64,000 nt of DNA from positions 132,350 to 196,349 of the forward strand of contig CAZBHH010000003.1 in the NCBI GenBank assembly GCA_964492065.1, read 5' to 3'. This stretch comes from an uncultured Chitinophagales bacterium. GTDB lineage: Bacteria > Bacteroidota > Bacteroidia > Chitinophagales > BACL12. How positions within the stretch are numbered: the stretch's first letter is position 1; every line of letters begins with the position of its first letter. The notes below the pieces were generated by a model. That model was not told where the DNA came from. It made no database searches and was given only the letters and a program-made list of their open reading frames with translations. Both the position numbers and the translations under genes were made by a program. Positions 17,578-25,881 of the stretch are shown one piece after another.

Positions 17578-18579
17578 TTAAAATCCACGGCGCACAATGA
17601 TGCCCACCGAGAAGGGATGTACCTGCGGGCCGCGGCCGTCGATAAACAACGGATTCAGGTCGTAACTGGCATACAGGTTGAAACTGCCGTATCCGATAAT
17701 TGCATTCAGTTCATGGCGGAAGGTCTGCACATTAAAGTCGTCTTTATACACCTCTTTATTACTATCCAGTTTGTGTTTTGTCTTGGTTTTAATGCGCAAC
17801 CCCGGGCTATAACCCACCATAATGCGAAATGAGTTATCGGTATCCCATGGTTTTGTTTCCATGCCGAAGTACATCGGTATGGCGAGATGCATGGTATTGA
17901 ATTTATTTTTGTCGTACTTGATTTCCTCCGATGCAAGCACCAGCGTATCGGCAGGATTAGAAAGTGTGAAGTCTTTGTTAAACCGGAAATGGTGCCACTC
18001 CAAAGCGGTTCCGAAGTTAAAATTCAAATACCCGCGAAACATATTTACCCGCGAGCGGAATAAATCCAGGTTTAAATCCGTAGAGCCCCAAAAGTTCAAT
18101 GACGCCATATCTCCATACGGGGCAGGCACTCCCACTTTATAATCGGCATCCATAAAGGTGTTATACCCGATGGACAACAGCAGGGGCTTGGTTTCAAACA
18201 CGTCCACGTCGCGGTAGTCGCTGTAAACCACCTTCCGGTTTCTGCCGAAATCAATATCTATGTCGTCGCTGTTTTCCTTCTCGCGGATCACAATCTTCCA
18301 GTCGCCGATTTGAACGGAGGTAGAATCCTTAATTGTCGTGTCCTGTTCTAAAGTGATATTGTAATCATCGAGGTCGATATCCTCCAGTTCCCGCAGATTC
18401 TCCAGGTTGCGCAAATCATCCAATTGGTCGATATCGGGCACCTCAATGGTATAAGAAGTACCATCGTCTTCATAGACGGTAATCTTCACCTTCTTCTTAG
18501 TCACGGTGGTCGAGTCTTGTTGTGCTGTTACAAAAACAGTAGTGAGCGCAGCGATACAAATTAAAATTAAGTGTTTCAT
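17578..18579 (-). CDS. Outer-membrane beta-barrel-like protein, last gene of the ECF sigma operon
   Basis: Signal peptide MKHLILICIAALTTVFVTAQ. Acidic repeat LDDLRNLENLRELEDIDLDD. Alternating beta-strand pattern and a C-terminal ...IIVRRGF (terminal Phe). Confidence 0.55.
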   Translation of the reverse strand: MKHLILICIAALTTVFVTAQQDSTTVTKKKVKITVYEDDGTSYTIEVPDIDQLDDLRNLENLRELEDIDLDDYNITLEQDTTIKDSTSVQIGDWKIVIREKENSDDIDIDFGRNRKVVYSDYRDVDVFETKPLLLSIGYNTFMDADYKVGVPAPYGDMASLNFWGSTDLNLDLFRSRVNMFRGYLNFNFGTALEWHHFRFNKDFTLSNPADTLVLASEEIKYDKNKFNTMHLAIPMYFGMETKPWDTDNSFRIMVGYSPGLRIKTKTKHKLDSNKEVYKDDFNVQTFRHELNAIIGYGSFNLYASYDLNPLFIDGRGPQVHPFSVGIIVRRGF

Positions 18580-18583
18580 TGTG

Positions 18584-19429
18584 TTATTGATTTACTGTTC
18601 TTCGATTATAAAATTCGATGTCAAAAAATTTAATGGAAGTTGTTTTTACATGAGGTTCAGAAACCGAATCACCGGTATTTTGAGTCTTGGACCTGGTTAC
18701 CAAATTGCCAAAATCATTTGCCAGGGCAAGCGTGTTATTGATGCGATCCACAATACTCGCCGGCGCCGGTGATTGGGTTTTTTCCATCATTTTGTCGAAG
18801 TAATAATTATACAAGGCGGCGTATTGCTCCGAGAAATCCGTTGTCTTTATCCGCGGCAACTGCGATGAAGATTCGATTCGCCCTGTTTGGGCAAATTGAA
18901 TCCCGGCAGTAACGAACTCTTCCGGGGCAATGCGGGTATTGGGCAGATTGTGCCTGTTGTCTTCGATTTTGATGTTTTTGGGTTGGGGGTTGCGGGTATT
19001 TTCTGCGTAATGCAAATCGACCTCGACGGGAGCCGTATGTTCTGCGGTGTCCCGGTTGCCGGTCGTCGCAATTCTGTGTATTTCCGGTTTCTCGATTTCA
19101 GAGGTGTAATTTGTACCGGTAACCGCATCTTTTGGCATGATAAAGCGCACTGCGGCAAAGAGCAGCAATGCAGCGGCAATGGCCGAGGCGTACCGGAAGT
19201 AGGTGTTCAACCCGATTATTTTACTGTCTCTTTTCTTCAGCGCATTTTTATCGGGGTAGGTTACGGTGGTGTCCGGCGACAGAAACGTATTGTCAAACAT
19301 CTCCAACTCGGATCGCAATTCGGGATGTTCCTCCATAAACTGTTCAAAGAGCACCTCTTGTTCAGGGCTTAAATTGCCTTCGAGATGCTCCACCATCCAC
19401 TCCTCGTAATTATGTTTGTCAATCTTCAT
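18584..19429 (-). CDS. Anti-sigma factor-like single-pass membrane protein
   Basis: Its start overlaps the sigma gene stop by 4 nt. The N-terminus reads ...EEWMVEHLEGNLSPEQEVLFEQFMEEHPELRSELE. One transmembrane segment (ASAIAAALLLFAAVRFI). Confidence 0.65.
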   Translation of the reverse strand: MKIDKHNYEEWMVEHLEGNLSPEQEVLFEQFMEEHPELRSELEMFDNTFLSPDTTVTYPDKNALKKRDSKIIGLNTYFRYASAIAAALLLFAAVRFIMPKDAVTGTNYTSEIEKPEIHRIATTGNRDTAEHTAPVEVDLHYAENTRNPQPKNIKIEDNRHNLPNTRIAPEEFVTAGIQFAQTGRIESSSQLPRIKTTDFSEQYAALYNYYFDKMMEKTQSPAPASIVDRINNTLALANDFGNLVTRSKTQNTGDSVSEPHVKTTSIKFFDIEFYNRRTVNQ

Positions 19430-19914
19430 ATTAAATGATGTATGCTCACCAAATATTTTTTCAATGTTTGTCTCGCTCTGAAAATATACACTTTCACCTG
19501 GGCTTCCGTCAACTCCAGTATTTCGCCGATTTCCTCATAGCTGTAACCTTCGTAATCACGCAACAGGATGGCATTTTTCTGTACTTCCGGCAATTTGGTC
19601 AAGGCGTCTTCAATGGCCTCCTTCACGCCCACCTGCACTTCCCGGGCAACGCCTTTGGCGTTTTCGTCCATTGCCTCCACGTAATCGGTGCGTTTATGTT
19701 TGCGGAAAAAGTCTATCATATTGTGATAGGCCGCCGTAAACAAATAGGACTTTGCCTTATCGGGTTGAATCGCCTCCCTGTTTTTCCAAAGAACTTCAAA
19801 CGCATTCTGCACTACATCCTGTGCATCTTCCGCATTCTGCATGCTCTTGCGGATGAACCTGAACACTCCGTCAGCGTACAAATCCACGCATTTGTTGTAT
19901 TCTGAGGTTGTCAT
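19426..19914 (-). CDS. RNA polymerase sigma-70 factor, ECF subfamily
   Basis: Region 2 is DAQDVVQNAFEVLWKN...YLFTAAYHNMIDFFRK. Region 4 is LLRDYEGYSYEEIGEILELTEAQVKVYIFRARQTLK. Confidence 0.85.
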   Translation of the reverse strand: MTTSEYNKCVDLYADGVFRFIRKSMQNAEDAQDVVQNAFEVLWKNREAIQPDKAKSYLFTAAYHNMIDFFRKHKRTDYVEAMDENAKGVAREVQVGVKEAIEDALTKLPEVQKNAILLRDYEGYSYEEIGEILELTEAQVKVYIFRARQTLKKYLVSIHHLI

Positions 19915-20007
19915 CCGTCATTAAGGCGTTTGAGTTAACAAAAAGTTACAGGCAGCCTAAAAATTCATCCGGCCGGGCCACAAAATCATGGCTGTTTGGC
20001 GAATGTC

Positions 20008-20021
20008 ATGTAAATTTACAT
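20008..20021. promoter_or_regulatory. Perfect 14-bp palindrome ATGTAAATTTACAT; candidate operator upstream of the usp gene
   Basis: It is exactly self-complementary and centred about 20 nt upstream of the ATG at 20035. It overlaps a near -7 box (TAAATTTA). Confidence 0.4.
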
Positions 20022-20034
20022 AAACACCCGTTTG

Positions 20035-20883
20035 ATGAATATCCTATTTCCTACCGATTTCAGTGAACAGAGCGCCGATGCGTTTGAAATGGCGCTGTAC
20101 CTGGCCGAAAAGACGAATGCGGGCATCTTGCTGCTGCATGTTTACAGCATGCCGGTAATTACCACCAGCATCGAAGAAGGCGGTTTTGAAACCATGCCCG
20201 ATCAGTTGATCCGGATATCCGAAGAGGCTGCCGCCAAACGAATAGCCCAATTCAAAGAGGCATTGATGAACCGCTACAATAAGGGATATGGCGACCGCAT
20301 ACCGGTCACCGAAATACTGCGTATGGGTTTTGTCGCCGAGGAAATCGTTGCGCTGGAGGCATCGGAAGATGTGTCATTCATCGCAATGCCGGTGGTGCAC
20401 ACCGGCGGGGTGGAACGCCTGTTGTTCGGCGGAACGGTGGCTTCTGTTCTCAAAAAGAGCAAGTGCCCGGTAATTACCGTACCGAAGGATTTCGCTTTCC
20501 GCCACATCCACCGCATCGGCTACGCCACAGACTTAACATTTGCCGATAACCAGGTCATCGATAAACTGTTGTTTCTCGCTGATTGCTTCGGGGCAGAACT
20601 GCGTTGCTTTCACGTCCACGACAGCAACCTGGATACCGAGAGCTCCATTATCCGCGACTTTATTGCGCAATACAGCAATGAAGTGGCCAGAAACCAAATC
20701 AGTTTCCAATTGATTGAAAATCTGAATGTATTGGACGGCATCGACTACTTTATTAAAGAAAACAATATAGACCTGTTGGGGATGCTGCGCCAAAAATCGT
20801 ATATGAACAGTTTGTTCGATATCAGCTACACGAAAAAAATGAGCACCCACAGCGATATTCCACTGATTATTTACCACGAATAA
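20035..20883 (+). CDS. Universal stress protein with tandem Usp domains
   Basis: There are two Usp-like halves. The first is ILFPTDFSEQS...LLLHVY...GGVERLLFGGTVASVLKKSKCPVITVP. The second is IGYATDL...LRCFHV. ATG at 20035. Confidence 0.8.
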   Translation: MNILFPTDFSEQSADAFEMALYLAEKTNAGILLLHVYSMPVITTSIEEGGFETMPDQLIRISEEAAAKRIAQFKEALMNRYNKGYGDRIPVTEILRMGFVAEEIVALEASEDVSFIAMPVVHTGGVERLLFGGTVASVLKKSKCPVITVPKDFAFRHIHRIGYATDLTFADNQVIDKLLFLADCFGAELRCFHVHDSNLDTESSIIRDFIAQYSNEVARNQISFQLIENLNVLDGIDYFIKENNIDLLGMLRQKSYMNSLFDISYTKKMSTHSDIPLIIYHE

Positions 20884-20966
20884 ACGCCATCCCTCAAGGG
20901 CTTGCAAGCATAAATTGTTTATGCATTCTAAACTTTCTATTATAATTTCGGCGTTTCATTTAAAAT

Positions 20967-21797
20967 ATGTCAGATTCAAAAATAAAGGTAGCCATCCTCG
21001 ATTTGTACAATGATTACCCAAACGAAGGAATGCGCAACCTGAAGGAACTGGTGAGTGCTGCAGAATTGAATTTTGAATGGAAGGTGTTTAATGTCCGTGC
21101 CAAGACGGAAATTCCCGACATAAGTTATGATATTTTCATTTCATCCGGCGGCCCAGGCAGCCCGTATGACGGCGAAGGCGGCGAGTGGGAATCGAAGTAT
21201 TTTACGCTGATGGACAAAATCTGGGCGCACAATGCCAACGGCAATCCCAAAAAGAAATATCTGTTTGCCATTTGCCATTCATTTCAACTGTTGGCACGCT
21301 ATCTTCAACTGGGCAAAGTGTGTGAGAGAAGATCCACTGCCTTCGGCGTTTTCAATATTGAACACACCGAAAACGGCAAACAGGACAAATATTTCAGGGT
21401 GCTGCCCGATCCGTTTTACGCAGTGGACTCCAGGGATTGGCAATTAATACAACCCAATACACATTTGTTTATCGATTCAGGTGCAGAAATTCTCGCCATC
21501 GAAAAACGCCGCGACCATGTGGACCTGGAACGTGCCGTCATGGCAGTTAAAATAAATCCGTATGTGTATATGACGCAATTCCATCCCGAAGCCGATGCCG
21601 ATGGTATGTTGCGCTACTTTAATATTAAAGAGAAAAAAGAACACGTAATAAAAAATCACGGCGAATGGAAATTGGATGAGATGATTCGCTGCCTGAGCGA
21701 TCCCTATAAATTACCGCTGACACGGGAGGCGCTGATTCCCGAATTTTTAAAAGATGCACATGATGCACTGTTATATTTAAAAGACCATGATTCCTGA
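20967..21797 (+). CDS. Class I glutamine amidotransferase-like protein
   Basis: Nucleophile elbow FAICHSFQLLA and MTQFHPEAD (His-Glu), as in GATase1 triads. Confidence 0.7.
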   Translation: MSDSKIKVAILDLYNDYPNEGMRNLKELVSAAELNFEWKVFNVRAKTEIPDISYDIFISSGGPGSPYDGEGGEWESKYFTLMDKIWAHNANGNPKKKYLFAICHSFQLLARYLQLGKVCERRSTAFGVFNIEHTENGKQDKYFRVLPDPFYAVDSRDWQLIQPNTHLFIDSGAEILAIEKRRDHVDLERAVMAVKINPYVYMTQFHPEADADGMLRYFNIKEKKEHVIKNHGEWKLDEMIRCLSDPYKLPLTREALIPEFLKDAHDALLYLKDHDS

Positions 21798-22974
21798 TAT
21801 CCGCAAAATGTATAACCGGGCTTTTACCGATGAGCATTACAACGCCATGTTTGAAAGCCTGTGGAAAAAATTCAATAAACGCATTGAATTTAAAGTATGC
21901 GAAACGCCCGCATTTATACCCGATTCTTTAAAGCGGGATTTAATTGCCGCCGGCGAAGAGATCATCGATGTCATAGTACAGGATGATTTTAAGAGCCGCA
22001 CCGACCGCTCTATTCCCGAAAACCTGTATGTCCCCGGCGAGGATGCGCATACCGTATATCTTGCACTGGACTTTGGCATCTGCACTGACGGCGACGGCAA
22101 TATCATACCCAAACTGATCGAGATGCAGGGCTTCCCCTCGCTGTATGCGCATCAACACGCAATGGCTCTTGCCTATAAGAAATTTCTCAATGTGCCGGAC
22201 GACTTGACGCATCTATTCAACGGGCATACAGATGCTTCCTATAAAAAAATTTTTGTGGAATCATTACTCGGAAATCACAAGCCGGAAAATGTGGTGTTGT
22301 TAGACATACAACCCGATAAACAAAAAACCTGGGTGGACTTTGCCGACACGAAAGAAATTGCCGGCATCGAGGCGATCTGCATCAGCGACATAACAAAGGA
22401 AGGCAGGGATTTATACTATATCAACAACGGAAAACGCACACCCATCTACCGCATATACAATCGCTTGATTTTCGATGAACTGGCATTGCGCAGCGATCTT
22501 CAGTACGCATGGAACCTCACCGATGAGGCTAATGTGGAGTGGTGTAGCCATCCCAACTGGTTTTTTCGCATCAGTAAATTCGCACTGCCGTTAATCCGGA
22601 GTAAATATGTTCCAAGAACGCATTACCTGCACACGTTGACATCCATCCCGGATGACCTTGAAAATTATGTATTAAAACCACTGTACAGCTTTGCGGGCAG
22701 CGGTGTTAAATTCCATGTCTCGAAAACGGATATTGAAAACGTGATGTCGCCGGAAAATTTTATACTCCAGGAGAAGGTGAATTATGCACCTGTAATTCAG
22801 ACGCCGGATGTCCCGGCAAAATTTGAAGTACGGCTGATGTATATCTGGAAGCCCGAAGCGAAACGGCCCGAATTGGCAATCAACCTCGTGCGGTTGAGCA
22901 AGGGTGAAATGATTGGCGTAAACTTTAATAAGAACCGCACCTGGGTGGGCGGTTCGGTGGGGTTCTTCTATTGA
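21787..22974 (+). CDS. Conserved hypothetical protein; possible ATP-grasp or glutathionylspermidine-synthase-like fold (weak)
   Basis: It overlaps the GATase gene by 11 nt. The motifs KLIEMQGFPS, YNRLIFDEL, HPNWFFRISKFALP and LKPLYSFAGSGV are reminiscent of pre-ATP-grasp ligases. I cannot assign a family by eye. Confidence 0.4.
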   Translation: MIPDIRKMYNRAFTDEHYNAMFESLWKKFNKRIEFKVCETPAFIPDSLKRDLIAAGEEIIDVIVQDDFKSRTDRSIPENLYVPGEDAHTVYLALDFGICTDGDGNIIPKLIEMQGFPSLYAHQHAMALAYKKFLNVPDDLTHLFNGHTDASYKKIFVESLLGNHKPENVVLLDIQPDKQKTWVDFADTKEIAGIEAICISDITKEGRDLYYINNGKRTPIYRIYNRLIFDELALRSDLQYAWNLTDEANVEWCSHPNWFFRISKFALPLIRSKYVPRTHYLHTLTSIPDDLENYVLKPLYSFAGSGVKFHVSKTDIENVMSPENFILQEKVNYAPVIQTPDVPAKFEVRLMYIWKPEAKRPELAINLVRLSKGEMIGVNFNKNRTWVGGSVGFFY

Positions 22975-23531
22975 TACCGTTTCAGCAGCGGGTATATCTT
23001 GCTCATGGGGAAGCCCACGACATTGTAGTAATCCCCGTCGATGCGCAGTATTTTATTCAACCCGATCCATTCCTGAATGGCATAGGCGCCCGCCTTATCG
23101 AAGGGCGCATATTTTGAAATATAATAATCGATTTCGGCATCTGTCATCGCATCGAAATACACATCGGTTTTCGATTCCACACAATGTATTTCACCGCGAA
23201 TGCAAATGCACACTGCGCTGATAACCGTGTGCATTTTACCGGAAAGGCTGCGCAGGATTGCGGCCGCATCTGCTGCATTGGCGGGCTTCCCGATAATGGT
23301 ATCACCGAGCAGCACAATGGTATCGGCAGTAATGATAATTGCATCAATCGCAACCGCCGCACTGCGGGCAGCGTCCATCTTCTTTGCAGCTAAGTAGGCG
23401 GGCACCTCCGCCGCAGCCATACTGGCGGGATAGGATTCATCCACATCAATGGAAAGCTTTTCAAAATTAAAACCCGCATCTTTCAGTATTGCACTGCGCC
23501 GCGGCGATCCGGAGGCTAATAATATTTTCAT
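22968..23531 (-). CDS. maf: Maf-like nucleoside triphosphate pyrophosphatase
   Basis: MKILLASGSPRRSAILKDAGF...KAGAYAIQ; 187 aa. Confidence 0.85.
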   Translation of the reverse strand: MKILLASGSPRRSAILKDAGFNFEKLSIDVDESYPASMAAAEVPAYLAAKKMDAARSAAVAIDAIIITADTIVLLGDTIIGKPANAADAAAILRSLSGKMHTVISAVCICIRGEIHCVESKTDVYFDAMTDAEIDYYISKYAPFDKAGAYAIQEWIGLNKILRIDGDYYNVVGFPMSKIYPLLKRYQ

Positions 23532-24481
23532 ACACCGGAAAAATAACCGAAATAATACAGTGGCATAAACGCAACGCCGTACACCATGGTGAGTTTAATC
23601 CAGATACTCAACCGGTGAAATGCCTTCTTCGTAAAGGAGCCGAACAGAAAACCGATCAGCCCGAGCAGGTTGACCATCAGTACGATGCCGTACAGTAAAA
23701 ACCAATGGTGTAACCCTGCAACATCACGTATCCACAAGAGATACCCCGTAAACAAAATAAGCGCAAACAACACCGAGGCGGCAATTATCTTTACGGTTTG
23801 CTGCCCCCATGCCAGCGCCGTGGTACGCATATCTGCCCGGCCATCGCCTTCCATATCTTCCAGGTCTTTGATCAGCTCCCGTGCAACATTTATTAAAAAT
23901 GCGAATAAGGCATATCCGAGGATGATATTCCAGCAGATCCTCGCTGCGTAATAATCGCCTTCACGCACTAACCTGTAAGTGGCCGGTTCGAATGCGCCAA
24001 CCGACAGAATGCTTATAGCAATCAATAAGGCCACCACAATATTTCCCAACAGCGGCATGCGCTTGTACGACGCCGAATAAAAATACAGCAGCAATGCCGC
24101 AATGCCGTGAATGGTAACCAGGCGGATATTGCCTGCTTTCCATGCCAGCAATAAGCCCAGCGCCACACCCATACCCGTAAGTAAAAAATAAGCTGTAAGT
24201 GCTTGCTTTGCAGATATTGTCTTGCCGATAAACTGGCGATGCGGCTTGTTTATGGCGTCGGATTCCACATCGTAATAATCATTGATAATATTGCCGCCGG
24301 CACAGATGAGCAGCACCGACAAAACGAGGAGCCCAAATTCAAAGCCATTGAGTGTAAAGTACAAGCCGTACTTATTGAACACCGGCACCAGGATGAACAG
24401 GTTAATGCAATACATGGTGAGACCGAGTATCAGCAGGTTGGCCGGCCGCATTATCTGTATCCAGGATATTAACTTACGCAT
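23528..24481 (-). CDS. UbiA-family aromatic/isoprenoid prenyltransferase (polytopic membrane protein)
   Basis: Asp-rich motifs NDYYDVESD and KDLEDMEGD, with about 8 transmembrane helices. The start was set at the ATG at 24479-24481 (MRKLISW), which overlaps the iscX stop by 1 nt (TAATG). Confidence 0.75.
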   Translation of the reverse strand: MRKLISWIQIMRPANLLILGLTMYCINLFILVPVFNKYGLYFTLNGFEFGLLVLSVLLICAGGNIINDYYDVESDAINKPHRQFIGKTISAKQALTAYFLLTGMGVALGLLLAWKAGNIRLVTIHGIAALLLYFYSASYKRMPLLGNIVVALLIAISILSVGAFEPATYRLVREGDYYAARICWNIILGYALFAFLINVARELIKDLEDMEGDGRADMRTTALAWGQQTVKIIAASVLFALILFTGYLLWIRDVAGLHHWFLLYGIVLMVNLLGLIGFLFGSFTKKAFHRLSIWIKLTMVYGVAFMPLYYFGYFSGV

Positions 24482-24720
24482 TACCGCATATTGTCCCTCC
24501 ATTCATAGACCCATGCACTTTGAATCATTTCCAGGTGTCCCTCATTGCATTCCTCCCGTTTCCCCGAAAAACCGTCCAACTCCAAAATCCACTCGATCAG
24601 ATCCGTAAACCGGATGCGGTAAATTTTGGATTCATCGAACTCCTCGCCGAACTTTTCGAACAATTTCAAGGCGATGTCCTCGTGGTCTGACCAATAAATC
24701 GGTGGTTCCTCTAATTTCAT
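24481..24720 (-). CDS. iscX: Fe-S cluster assembly protein IscX (YfhJ family)
   Basis: The translation is ...IYWSDHEDIALKLFEKFGEEFDESKIYRIRFTDLIEWILELDGFSGKREECNEGHLEMIQSAWVYEW. By eye it aligns with E. coli IscX (W.D...I...L......D....VRFTD...WI..L..F......NE..LE.IQ.AW). Confidence 0.75.
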   Translation of the reverse strand: MKLEEPPIYWSDHEDIALKLFEKFGEEFDESKIYRIRFTDLIEWILELDGFSGKREECNEGHLEMIQSAWVYEWRDNMR

Positions 24721-24729
24721 AACTCTGAT

Positions 24730-25065
24730 TTACGATGCAATAATAGTGGATTGATCGGGAATCAGCACTTCTATTTCCACATCGTCTTCCAACACATCAC
24801 ACTGGCAACTCAACCGCGAATTCAACCTGGGATCACGTGCCCTGTCCACAAAATCTTCTTCCTTATCCGACATTTCCTCAAGGCTGTCCATGCCTTTTTC
24901 AATATATACGTGACATGTGCTGCATGCGCAAACGCCTCCGCAGTTGTGATTTAAATGTATATCGTTCATCAATGCCACTTCCAATATTGTATTACCGGTT
25001 TTCGCTTCTACCCGCTTCGGTTCCGCACCGTCTTCAAATAAAAATGTAACTGTAAAATTTCCCAT
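24730..25065 (-). CDS. fdx: 2Fe-2S ferredoxin, adrenodoxin/ISC Fdx type
   Basis: The cluster ligands CGGVCACSTCH...SRLSCQ have the Fdx spacing. The start was set at MGNFTVTF (ATG 25063-25065). Confidence 0.8.
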   Translation of the reverse strand: MGNFTVTFLFEDGAEPKRVEAKTGNTILEVALMNDIHLNHNCGGVCACSTCHVYIEKGMDSLEEMSDKEEDFVDRARDPRLNSRLSCQCDVLEDDVEIEVLIPDQSTIIAS

Positions 25066-25081
25066 AACGGTTATCGCAAAT

Positions 25082-25864
25082 TTAAATATGTAAAAATGTA
25101 TTTCGTATGCTTTTACTGAGAACATCGTATAATTGCAGAAGTTCAGGATGCGATTGCAACAAACGCCTGTGTTGTTCCAAAGTGTGGATATCGCCCCTGC
25201 GTGCCGGGCCGGTCTGCATGGCGTCCGCCTCTCCTATTTTTAGTTTTTCGATAGTTTCCAGCATCAGCGGTAAGATGATTTCTTTCGGCAGGCCGGCTTC
25301 CTTCAAAATCATAAATGCCTGTCCGAATAAAAAGTTGGTGAAATTATTGGCGATCACTGCTGCCAGGTGTAACCGGCTCTTCTGCTCGTCGGTAATTGTG
25401 TAAACGGCAGGCGTAATTGTATGCGCTATTTCACTCAGCAATTTTTGCAATTCGGTATCCTGGGCAACAATACATACGGGAATGACGCTGTAATCCGTCT
25501 TTACTTCTTTTGAAAACGACTGCAGCGGGTAATACACGCCAAACCGGTTGTTGCCAAAACGCAGCGCTTCGCTCGTTACGGCGCCTGACACGTGAACAGA
25601 AATTACCTCCGGGGTATTGAAGGTGGCAGCTACTGACCGGATTGCATCGTCGGCCACGGCAAAAAACACCAATGCATCTGCAGGTGCATTATTCATACCA
25701 TTCAATGGTTTTGCCTCGCTGTTGCACAGCGAAGCAAGCGCAGCCGCCTTTTGAAAATTGCGCCCGTAAATGGCGGCAACGGGTATTCCTGCATTGCCGA
25801 ACATCTGCACCAAATGCCATGCGATGTTTCCCGTTCCAACGATACTTATTTGAGCATTACCCAT
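25082..25864 (-). CDS. Rossmann-like / DUF2520 domain protein
   Basis: The dinucleotide-binding N-terminus is ISIVGTGNIAWHL, with a DUF2520-like C-terminus ...TGPARRGD. The start was set at the ATG at 25862-25864. Confidence 0.6.
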   Translation of the reverse strand: MGNAQISIVGTGNIAWHLVQMFGNAGIPVAAIYGRNFQKAAALASLCNSEAKPLNGMNNAPADALVFFAVADDAIRSVAATFNTPEVISVHVSGAVTSEALRFGNNRFGVYYPLQSFSKEVKTDYSVIPVCIVAQDTELQKLLSEIAHTITPAVYTITDEQKSRLHLAAVIANNFTNFLFGQAFMILKEAGLPKEIILPLMLETIEKLKIGEADAMQTGPARRGDIHTLEQHRRLLQSHPELLQLYDVLSKSIRNTFLHI

Positions 25865-25881
25865 AGTTAAAAGGTAAGCGT

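Noticed and set aside
23985-23993. ggttcgaat, a tRNA T-arm-like motif
   Set aside because: It lies inside the UbiA-family coding frame and has no acceptor, D or anticodon stems around it. I found no tRNA-like cloverleaf anywhere in the window.
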